From positions 384,001 to 448,000 of the forward strand of contig OY762007.1 of the NCBI GenBank assembly GCA_963665115.1: DNA of 64,000 bases, read 5' to 3'. Shown here one piece after another: positions 10,885-19,598 of this stretch (position 1 is the first letter of the stretch; each line of letters opens with the position of its first letter). The notes under the pieces are model-generated. The model searched no databases. It saw nothing but the letters and a program-made list of their open reading frames with translations, and was not told the DNA's origin. Both the position numbers and the translations under genes were made by a program. This DNA comes from an uncultured Rivularia sp. (GTDB lineage: Bacteria; Cyanobacteriota; Cyanobacteriia; Cyanobacteriales; Nostocaceae).

Positions 10885-11936
10885 AAAGTGGTTCGGAGTA
10901 AGTCGGTTTGTTTATAATCAAACTATTGAATATTTGAAGGAACCCGAGAATAAAGCAAATTGGAAGGCGATTAAAACAGGAATTTTAAATAGTTTACCAG
11001 ACTGGTGTTCATGTGTTCCTTATCAAATTAAGTCAATCGCTATTAAAGACGCTTGTCAAGCTGTTAGTAAAGCTAAAAAGGATTATAAGAAGACAGGTAA
11101 ATTTAATAATTGCAGATTTAGGTCAAGAAAAGCGATTATTCAAAGTTGTTATATCCCTAAAAGCGCGATAAATGAAAAAGGAATCTATTACACTAAGTTA
11201 GGACATCTAGAATATGGTGAATCTTTGCCAGAAAATATTTTAGATAGTAGATTAGTATGTGCTTATGGGGATTACTATGTGACTATCCCTATCAATGATA
11301 AGCAGTATAAATCCGATAACCAAGGAAGAGTAGTTGCTTTAGATCCAGGTATTAGAACTTTTCAAACTTTCTTTTCTGAAACTAGTTTTGGTGAAATTGG
11401 TAATGGTGCTAATTTAAAAGTACAGAAATTATGCTTTAAATTAGATGCGCTAGTATCAAAAATAAGTCAAGCTAAATGTAAACAAAAAAGAAGATTAAAA
11501 AAAGCTGCGAATAGACTTCGTTGCAAAATAAAGTCCCTCATTGATGAATTACATAAAAAGACTGCTAAATTTTTGGTAGATAGTTTCGACTTCATCTTAC
11601 TTCCGACATTTGAAACATCACAAATGTCTAAAAAAGCTAAGCGCAGAATTCGTTCTAAATCTGTCCGGCAAATGCTAACTTTGAGCCATTACAAATTCAA
11701 ACAATTTTTAAAACATAAAGCATTTGAATATGGTAAAAAAGTTTTTGATGTTAATGAAGCATACACATCAAAAACCGTAAGTTGGACAGGTGAGATTCTA
11801 CAAAAACTTAGTGGTTCTAAAGTTGTAACTTCTAAAATAGATGGACGTTTCTATGCCTAGAGATTTAAATGGTGCGCGAGGAATTTTTCTTCGTGCATTG
11901 GTTGATACGCCATCTCTTAGAGATTGTATTTGTTAA
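10358..11936 (+). CDS. tnpB: RNA-guided endonuclease TnpB of pro-Fanzor/Fanzor2-like type; +1 frameshift at TTT 11848-11850 hides RuvC-III
   Basis: KWFGVSRFVYN; RuvC-I VVALDPGIRTF; ILLPTFETSQM; VNEAYTSKT. Removing one T gives ...GRSMPRDLNGARGIFLRALVDTPSLRDCIC* (stop 11934-11936). The true start is uncertain. Confidence 0.85.
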
Positions 11937-12042
11937 CGAATGTTAGCAAAAAAGTATCGGTACCCCGAATAATTCTTACGGATTATTTCGGTTTACACTC
12001 AAAGTAAAACGTTAATTTTCAATTCTGCTTTTTTAAACCTGT

Positions 12043-12076
12043 ATTTTCCCGGATGTTAGGTAATATCCGGGAAAAT
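12043..12076 (+). terminator. Hairpin downstream of the surface-gene remnant (probable former terminator)
   Basis: ATTTTCCCGGAT...ATCCGGGAAAAT 12-bp stem. Confidence 0.5.
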
Positions 12077-12485
12077 TTCTGCTATTTATTGTAATTTCAA
12101 TAGTTTTACGTAGATACAAATCATGATTTTATATGCAATATATGAAGTAAGAGAAAAATCTCATTTGGTTTAGTTGTTTTAATCTATGTCACTTGTGTTT
12201 TTGCATCCTGAAAAACATATTTCTTTTTTTAGAATATGCAATCTTGAAGTAAAGATAATGGTTCTACTATGATTAATAACAAAAAAACTTGATTGGAAAA
12301 TATTTTATGGGATTTGCTTGATTCTCCTGTAGGTAAGGAATGCGCCTCCTTGCTTAAATATATAAACATCCCATAACTTTGGCTGAATTGTGTGAATAAT
12401 TCAGGTTTTTTAATGTCATATGCTGCGTTGAAAAAGCATATGCCAAATTTATAAAGTTCGGTTCTAATTGTGACACGCGGCTTGA

Positions 12486-15285
12486 GTGAGTGCATCAATG
12501 AAATATATGTTAAAAGGGTTGTATCTTAGTAAATCTAAATTTACTAACGTTAAAATAAATATAAATATACAGCTGTTTAGGAGTTTATTTTTTACATTAT
12601 TTATTTTGAATCTGTGGACGTTAACAGCAAAAGCTGAAGGTTCAAAAGACTTAGTTGAAAAAGGCGGAGATAGACCTTATACAGAATGGGCTACAGCTAC
12701 ATCTGCAAATATTGAACGTAAAACCAGGCTCAAGGTTTTTGTTAAGAATGGAGAAATCGTAAATCTTGGCTCCAGCGTACATAATAGTTCTGATGGTAAA
12801 GATATAGTCTTTCGCAGTCCTTCTGGTGTTGAGCAAGTTTGTGATGTTCTGACATCTGGTGAAGGCTTTATAGATACCGTAGCTAAAGAAACTGCTGGTC
12901 CTTTACCCAATACTGGGGGTTATACACCATGTACCTTTACAGCTACAGAGACAGGAATTTACGATGTAGAATTTCATTCCCCTAAAACCAGTGGAGATCC
13001 ACCTGTTAGGTCGGTAACGCAACAATTCCCTACAGGTAATACACAAGGGCAAGCTGTAGCTGCTTGGGATATTACAGTTCGAGATGGTGCAAATACTAAG
13101 ATGGGACGGGTATTTACCAACTATGTTGCGATGAACATGGGAGCTAGCGGTCAATCTCTCAACTCAGAATTTTTTATTCAAACAAAAGATGGTTTTTTAT
13201 ATAAAACCGTAATGAATGGGGTAGACCCTTTCGGGTTTATTTTCTTTGGTAACAGCAGGGGATTTATTGACAAAACTGATAATAGTACCCTCTATCATTC
13301 TGCTAAAGCCAATAATAATCAATTATCTCCATTTCTAGGAAACGTTCAAGTACAGCGTCCCGATGTTGCGGATACTCCAACCGATATTACTCATTTAACA
13401 TTTTTCAATACTCCCGACCCGGAGACTCTAGATGAATTAGGGATTCCCCGTACACCAGCAATTCCAGCAACACCAACGAACTTTGAATTTACTGGTGGTA
13501 CTGGTGGAAGCGGAAACCAAACTTTTGTAGGTGTTGGGGGAAATTTCAGTTTTGATTCTACAAGCGCAGGTAGTTACGAAATTATTATTGACACGGATGA
13601 AGATGGTGTATTTGACCCCAGTCAAGATAGAGTCTTACAGAATATAGCTAATCTCGGTAGTAACGTCGTATCTTGGGATGGTCAAGATGCTGACGGTAAT
13701 AATGTGGGTCCTCGCGTTAATAACGACCCCTACAATGCCAGAATTAGACTGCGAACTGGAGAATATCACTTTCCCATGTTGGATGCGGAAAACAATCCTA
13801 ATGGATTTGTGATTGAAATGCAAAATCCACCGACTGCATTTCCCAATGGATTTAACGAATTTACTGTCTACTACGATGATGACGATTACACGACTAGTGA
13901 CGGTACACCTGTAAGCTTGGACGATAGCGGTGCGAGTAATCCCCGCAATGCTGCGACTGGAACTGATAGTTCTACTGGAGCGCACAGGTTTACTGGGGAT
14001 TACGGTGATTTTAAAGGAATCGATACTTGGTCTTATTTTCCTAGTGAAGGAACATCAACCAATCTGATTATCACCAACGATAAATCTGCAAATGTACGCG
14101 GTACTAAATCGGTACAGTTCTTTGAAGACAAAGATAGTAGCGGTACCGTGACTGTGGGAGATACCGTTGAATACACTATTACATACAGCAATAATGCTCC
14201 TGAAGCTACCACAGACGCAAATAATTTTACGATCCAAGATGATTTACCACCACAATTAACTTACAATTCATCTCAAATCGTTTCGCAAACAACTGGTAAT
14301 AATATTCAGCTAAATTCTTCCTATAACGGTTCTGGTGCATTAACTAATTCTGGTACTTTGAGAATTGATGATGAAATTACTATCAAAATAATCGCTACTA
14401 TTGATGATAGAAATAATGGAGACTCAATTAGCAACCAAGCTAACGCAACTTTCACTACACCCGATAACCCAGCAGCAACTGGAAGCGCTTTAACCGATGC
14501 TGATTCTGCGGGAGTTACCCAAGATAATCCACCAACTGTAGGGAGTGCTTTCAAACAAATTGATGATGATAGTCAAAATACCGGAAACGACCCCTTCAGA
14601 TACAGCAGATGACGAACCGACTCTTATCAATGTAGAAGAATCACCTGTGGTAAGCGGTTCTCCTAAGATTATTTTAGTGAAGAGAATTACAGCACTTAAT
14701 GGGGTTGATTTTAACGACTTTGTTGATGACCCCAATAGTGCTGACGATAATAACTCGAATTGGCCAGACTCCGATCCTTCAGATACAAATAGAAATGATT
14801 TTTTACGTGGAATTATTAGCGGTGCTTTGGTTCTTCCTGGTGATGAGTTGGAATACACAATCTACTTTCTTTCAATGGGTGAAACAGATGCCAGCAAATT
14901 AAGAATCTGCGACTTAATACCAACTTATACAACTTTTCTTCCTACAGCTTTTAATGGTTCAACACCTAGAGATGGTGGATTGCTCAATGCAAATTTAGGT
15001 ATCGCAATTTCTCTAGATAATACTAATTTTTCTAGCACTCCAACGGCTTTTATAACTAATATTGCTGATGGTGATAGAGGAGAGTTTTTCGATGCTGGAA
15101 AAAAACCATCTATGGATTGTTCTCGTAGCAATAATGGTGTGAATGACAATGGCGCTGTTGTTGTGAACATGGTCAATAAAGATAATGCTAACCAAGATAT
15201 TATACCTACCGCAAATGTTGACCAGACACAACCCAAACCAACTAGTTCCTATGGTTTTATCAGATTTAAAGTCAAAATTAATTGA
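12486..15285 (+). CDS. Secreted surface protein (array gene D) with one complete internal DUF11 and a C-terminal truncated DUF11; +1 frameshift at C4 14591-14594
   Basis: Signal peptide ending TAKA-EG; internal GTKSV...VEYTITYSN...QDDLP...ISNQANATF. Removing one C joins 12486-14612 to 14545-15285 (NDPSDTADDEPT...ILVKRIT...ICDLIP...SYGFIRFKVKIN*). Start may be ATG 12498 or 12507. Confidence 0.82.
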
Positions 15286-15349
15286 TAGTTAGAATCGGGC
15301 GGGTATTTCTGCCCGTACCGCAATAATTTTTTATTTTTTTCGATTAAAT

Positions 15350-16228
15350 CTATATTTTCTCAATTTCTTCAATATTTAACCCCGTAGTCTCCACAATTAA
15401 ATTAATATCAATTCCTCTGGCTTTCAAAGATTTAGCGATTTTGATCTGTGCTATTTTTTCCCCTTCTTTCATTCCTTCTTTCCTCCCCCGCAATTCTCCC
15501 GTTACTTCCGCACTTTCTATAATGCTAATTTCATATCTTCTATCTTCGAGATATTTTTGATATGCAGTTCTTTCCGCTGGCGATAAATTTTCAATCTTTA
15601 AATTATCTTTTGCTTGAGCCAATCCTCTGGCTTGAAATTCGTCTTTGATTTCACTATTTTTCAAGAAATATATCCACTCATCTAAACTATCTTTCGCTAC
15701 GTCGTTAAAGTTATTAACTCTTAAAACGTAATATTCTGGAAATATTTCGTAAACTTCTTCAATCTTAAATACCTCTTTCTGTAATTCTGAAGGTTCTAAT
15801 TTATCATTGATGTGAATTCCACAAAAATCTACTTTACCTTGATAAATATAATCCCTTCCTTGTCCCAGAGAAAAATAAACGATATTAATCGAATAAACTT
15901 TTTTTACTTTACCGTAAGCTTCCCCTTTACCAAGATATTCGCTAATTAATGCCGAAACTCCATACAGCATCCGATGAAAATAATCATTTTCTGGGCTGTT
16001 TTGAACTTCAATTAATAAAAATTCATCTTTAGTATTTTTAGCTAAAATATCAACTCTGTTAAGCTTGCTTTCTTCAGTTATTCGATTGCTTTCGCTTTCT
16101 AAAATCGACTCAATAAAGATATCTTCTTTTAATAACTCGCTGATAAAACCTTCTAGAACTACGTAATTAGCTTTATCGCGCAATAGTTTTTTGATTGCCC
16201 AGTCGAAGCGGATATGTGTTCCTGCCAT
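15350..16228 (-). CDS. Rpn-family recombination-promoting nuclease / PD-(D/E)XK protein, copy 2
   Basis: RFDWAIKKLL; RVDILAK...LIEVQ nuclease motif; RMLYG; C-terminal EGxxEG repeats followed by an IAKSLK...TGL HTH tail. Confidence 0.88.
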   Translation of the reverse strand: MAGTHIRFDWAIKKLLRDKANYVVLEGFISELLKEDIFIESILESESNRITEESKLNRVDILAKNTKDEFLLIEVQNSPENDYFHRMLYGVSALISEYLGKGEAYGKVKKVYSINIVYFSLGQGRDYIYQGKVDFCGIHINDKLEPSELQKEVFKIEEVYEIFPEYYVLRVNNFNDVAKDSLDEWIYFLKNSEIKDEFQARGLAQAKDNLKIENLSPAERTAYQKYLEDRRYEISIIESAEVTGELRGRKEGMKEGEKIAQIKIAKSLKARGIDINLIVETTGLNIEEIEKI

Positions 16229-16244
16229 GATAATTTTTGTTTAT

Positions 16245-17147
16245 TTATAATTTGTCAATTTCTTCAACACTTAATCCTGTAGCTTTGACAATCAAATTAA
16301 TATCAGTTCCTTCTGCTTTCAACGATTTAGCAATTTTAATTTGGGTTTGCTTCTCTCCTTCTTTTATCCCTTCTTTCTTTCCTTCCTCTCTTCCTTCTTT
16401 CCTCCCCCGCAATTCTCCCGTTACTTCCGCACTTTCAATAATGCTAATTTCATATCTTCTATCTTCGAGATATTTTTGATATGCAGTTCTTTCCGCTGGC
16501 GATAAATTCTCAACTTTTAAATTATCTTTTGCTTGAGCCAATCCTCTGGCTTGAAATTCGTCTTTAATTTCACTATTTTTCAAGAAATAGATCCACTCAT
16601 CTAAACTATCTTTCGCTACATCGTTAAAGTTATTAACTCTTAAAACGTAATATTCTGGAAATATTTCGTAAACTTCTTCAATTTTAAATACCTCTTTCTG
16701 TAATTCTGAAGGTTCTAATTTATCATTAATGTGAATTCCACAAAAATCTACTTTACCTTGATAAATATAATCCCTTCCTTGTCCGAGAGAAAAATAAACA
16801 ATATTAATCGAATAAACTTTTTTTACTTTACCGTAAGCTTCCCCTTTACCAAGATATTCGCTAATTAATGCCGAAACTCCATACAGCATCCGATGAAAAT
16901 AATCATTTTCTGGGCTGTTTTGAACTTCAATTAATAAAAATTCATCTTTCGTATTTTTAGCTAAAATATCAACTCTGTTAAGCTTGCTTTCTTCAGTTAT
17001 TCGATTGCTTTCACTTTCTAAAATCGACTCAATAAAGATATCTTCTTTTAATAATTCGCTGACAAAACCTTCTAAAACTACGTAATTAGCTTTATCGCGC
17101 AATAGTTTTTTGATTGCCCAGTCGAAGCGAATATGTGTTCCTGCCAT
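16245..17147 (-). CDS. Rpn-family recombination-promoting nuclease / PD-(D/E)XK protein, copy 1
   Basis: Near-identical to the adjacent copy up to ELRGRKEG; the tail is divergent. Confidence 0.88.
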   Translation of the reverse strand: MAGTHIRFDWAIKKLLRDKANYVVLEGFVSELLKEDIFIESILESESNRITEESKLNRVDILAKNTKDEFLLIEVQNSPENDYFHRMLYGVSALISEYLGKGEAYGKVKKVYSINIVYFSLGQGRDYIYQGKVDFCGIHINDKLEPSELQKEVFKIEEVYEIFPEYYVLRVNNFNDVAKDSLDEWIYFLKNSEIKDEFQARGLAQAKDNLKVENLSPAERTAYQKYLEDRRYEISIIESAEVTGELRGRKEGREEGKKEGIKEGEKQTQIKIAKSLKAEGTDINLIVKATGLSVEEIDKL

Positions 17148-17254
17148 GATTGTTTTTGCGATTGAAAGCGATCTGGGTTATTTTAAATTTTATTGTAGAA
17201 GAAATTAGACGGGCAGGGATGCCCACCCCACAAGAAATTTTTTTTTAATCATTA

Positions 17255-17344
17255 AAGATTTACGCAAAGCCCCCCTTTTTAAGGGGGTTGGGGGGATCTA
17301 AACGGCGCTAATAGTTATTTTATCGTTGCGGTTGCGTAAGTCTT
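17255..17344. repeat. MITE-like element with 13-bp imperfect TIR (AAGATTTACGCAA...TTGCGTAAGTCTT) and CCCCCCTTTTTAAGGGGG core
   Basis: 12/13 inverted match at the ends; internal hairpin. Confidence 0.55.
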
Positions 17345-17367
17345 GTGATTATTTAAAGCATAATCAA

Positions 17368-17625
17368 TTATCCCCCGCTAACGGGTGGAATTAATACAAC
17401 TTCATCTCCATCATTTAAAGGAGTATCTGGTTCGACAAAATCTAAATTTACGCCAAATCTGGTTACATCTCGCCACTGTTCGAGTTCGGGATGTTCTGCG
17501 ATTAAATGTTCTCTTACTTGGGATACTGGCGTATTTTCGGGAAATTCTAATGTTAGTTCTGGTTCGTCGTATGCTTCTTGATAAGCCGCAAATAGTTTAA
17601 CGGTAATTTTTATTGAATTGGGCAT
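17368..17625 (-). CDS. moaD: MoaD/ThiS family sulfur carrier protein
   Basis: ITVKLFAAYQE...LNDGDEVVLIPPVSGG with C-terminal GG. Confidence 0.9.
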   Translation of the reverse strand: MPNSIKITVKLFAAYQEAYDEPELTLEFPENTPVSQVREHLIAEHPELEQWRDVTRFGVNLDFVEPDTPLNDGDEVVLIPPVSGG

Positions 17626-17792
17626 GAGGAATTGGGGATAGGGGATTGGGCATGGGGCATTGTCTCCCTAATAATTATTATTATCGAAAAGAGTAAGGGC
17701 AGTAGTTTAGTATTTCATTCTTAAGATAGTGTGTTATCTCAAAAGCATCTTCTAAGCTGATAAGCTAAGTCACATAGCAAAAAGACAACAAT

Positions 17793-17982
17793 ATGAGCGA
17801 AGATACAGCAAAAAATCAAGCTGAAAAAAACAATCCCAAAGAAGAAGCACCAGAATTAAGTCCGGAAATGCTCGACAAAATTAAGCATCCCCCATCAATT
17901 AACAACACACTCCAGAAACCAATCCCCCGAAGAGCTAAAAGGCAACCCCGCAGTATCACCCGAAATGCTCGACGACAGGTAA
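17793..17982 (+). CDS. Small hypothetical protein with duplicated SPEMLD motif; probable +1 frameshift near 17919
   Basis: Removing one base gives ...QKQSPEELKGNPAVSPEMLDDR*, repeating the N-terminal SPEMLDK. Confidence 0.45.
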
Positions 17983-18052
17983 GCAGTTAGGAGTGAGGGG
18001 TTAGGAGTATCAAGTAGTGAGTAGTAAGTAGTAAGTAACGAGTACTACAAAT

Positions 18053-18180
18053 GTAGTGGGAGCGTCTCGCTCCCTAGAAAAAATCTCACTCCCCATCTCC
18101 CCATCTCCCCATCTCCCCATCTCCCCATCTTCCCATCTTCCCATCTTCCCATCCCCAATGCCCAATCCCCCATGCCCAAT
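18053..18180. repeat. REP half (GTAGTGGGAGCGTCTCGCTCCC) plus STRR-type tandem repeats (CTCCCCAT)n / (CCCAATC/G)n
   Basis: Directly visible tandem octamers and heptamers. Confidence 0.8.
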
Positions 18181-19101
18181 TCCACGTTCCCCATAATCTA
18201 CTCGGACGAATTTCTCGAACACCTTACCGGAAGAGGACATCCGGAAAAGCCAGAGCGTTTAAGTGCTGTTGTTTCGGCTTTGAAAGAAGTTGCTTTTTCT
18301 CAACAAATTGAATGGCGATCGCCAACTTCCGTAAACCAAAATTCGCCGCTTGCTTTGATTGAGGAAATCCATTCACCGCGCTATATCCGTAAAGTTAAGG
18401 AAATCGCTACCGATGGCGGTGGCTTTTTGGATACGGATACTTATGTTTCCCCACGCAGCTATGATGTGGCGTTGTTAGCGGTGAATGCTTGGCTCGATGG
18501 GGTAGATATTGTTCTAAAAACTGGTAAACCTGCTTTTGTGTTGGCACGCCCACCGGGGCACCATGCGGAAATCGATTATGGTATGGGGTTCTGTTTATTT
18601 TCTAATGCGGCTATTTCTGCTTTCCATGCTTTAAAAAAAACAGAAGTTAACCGTGTCGCGATTTTGGATTGGGATGTGCATCACGGTAACGGTACTCAAG
18701 CAATCGTAGAAAACAATCCCGATATTGCTTACTGCTCGCTGCATCAATATCCCTGTTATCCCGGAACTGGTAAAACTTCGGAACGGGGTATTAATAATAA
18801 TGTATTAAATTTGCCCATACCTCCCGACAGCGATATTAGTACTTATCAACCGGCATTCGAGAAAGAAGTACTGCCGTTTTTATCAAACTTTCAGCCAGAT
18901 TTACTCTTAGTCAGCGCTGGTTACGATGCCAATCTCGACGATCCATTAGCGCGAATGAATTTGCAACCACAAGATTACGGTTTATTTACGCAATATTGCT
19001 TAAAAGTCACTCCTAAAATAGTATTCGGTTTAGAAGGCGGTTACGATTTACCAACACTTTCTCAATCAGTAATAGCAACCGTTGAAAGTTGTTTGGATTG
19101 A
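18172..19101 (+). CDS. Histone deacetylase family (Zn-dependent) protein
   Basis: HPEKPERL, RPPGHHA, GFCLFSN, DWDVHHGNGTQ, SAGYDA, LEGGY. Confidence 0.93.
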   Translation: MPNSTFPIIYSDEFLEHLTGRGHPEKPERLSAVVSALKEVAFSQQIEWRSPTSVNQNSPLALIEEIHSPRYIRKVKEIATDGGGFLDTDTYVSPRSYDVALLAVNAWLDGVDIVLKTGKPAFVLARPPGHHAEIDYGMGFCLFSNAAISAFHALKKTEVNRVAILDWDVHHGNGTQAIVENNPDIAYCSLHQYPCYPGTGKTSERGINNNVLNLPIPPDSDISTYQPAFEKEVLPFLSNFQPDLLLVSAGYDANLDDPLARMNLQPQDYGLFTQYCLKVTPKIVFGLEGGYDLPTLSQSVIATVESCLD

Positions 19102-19200
19102 GAATTGAGAATTGGGCATTGGGCATTGGTAATTGGTAATTGGTAATTGGTAATTGGTAATTGGTAATTGGTAATTGGTAATTGGTAATTGGGCATGGGG
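19098..19200. repeat. STRR heptamer array (ATTGGTA)n / (ATTGGGC)n
   Basis: About 9-10 perfect ATTGGTA units visible. Confidence 0.9.
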
Positions 19201-19566
19201 AGCATCTTGCTCGCTTGCGATAAGGGCATAAAAAAATCTTAGTTCTTTAAAAATAGTAGTGCGAGCATCTTGCTCGCTTGCCTGTTCTAGCCAACAAGAT
19301 GCATATCCTTACGGACACGCTGCGCTAACGCACTACTTAAATTTCACGATTTTCTAACGAGCAAGATGCATATCCTTACGGACACGCTGCGCTAACGCAC
19401 TACTTATAATTTCACGAAGCATTAAAGATTGTTCTAACTCCTAACTCCTAACTGTTAATTGATAAGCTGTTGTGCATTTAATTTGTATATTGCAAGCGGG
19501 CAGGATGCCCGCACTACAATAACTCTAACTGTGTCCCTTATTCAATCTAGCTACACATCAGCTTAA
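19197..19566. repeat. Cluster of GTAGTGCGAGCATCTTGCTCGC-family REP/REPIN elements with a ~67-bp tandem duplication and nested 26-nt inserts
   Basis: Units at 19256-19336 and 19358-19403; 19295-19349 is repeated at 19362-19417. Confidence 0.7.
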
Positions 19567-19598
19567 TTGTTAATTGATAATTGTTCACTGCTCACTGC

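Larger units (their letters stand above)
10223..11960 (+). mobile_element. IS607-family insertion sequence (~1.74 kb) inserted at a GG dinucleotide
   Basis: Carries tnpA and tnpB; junctions are GAAGG|TTTTGT and GTATCGG|TACCCC; precise removal restores the interrupted frame; no terminal inverted repeats; short G(C/T)TAAC-like subterminal repeats at both ends. Confidence 0.9.
10158..12015 (+). pseudogene. Orphan 3' remnant of a fifth surface-protein gene, split by the IS607 element
   Basis: Joining 10158-10222 to 11961-12015 gives ITGNAGTGEPNLTSLPGSTGEGTPNNSYGLFRFTLKVKR*, homologous to the gene A end ITGTGNTTQSDLTTVPGSTGKGTPDNSYGFFRFTTTVKP*. Confidence 0.85.

Noticed and set aside
12229..12498. 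89-aa minus-strand ORF
   Set aside because: Lies in the probable promoter region of gene D; no recognisable features.
5776..14594. Phase variation by poly-C tracts in the surface genes
   Set aside because: Runs are only 4-5 nt and similar indels hit housekeeping genes, so assembly error is more parsimonious.
18010..18240. 76-aa minus-strand ORF with GRWGDGEM repeats
   Set aside because: Translation of STRR repeats, antisense to the deacetylase start.
19098..19200. Tandem repeats as a CRISPR array
   Set aside because: Heptamer STRR units without unique spacers; no cas genes. The same applies to the other STRR tracts.
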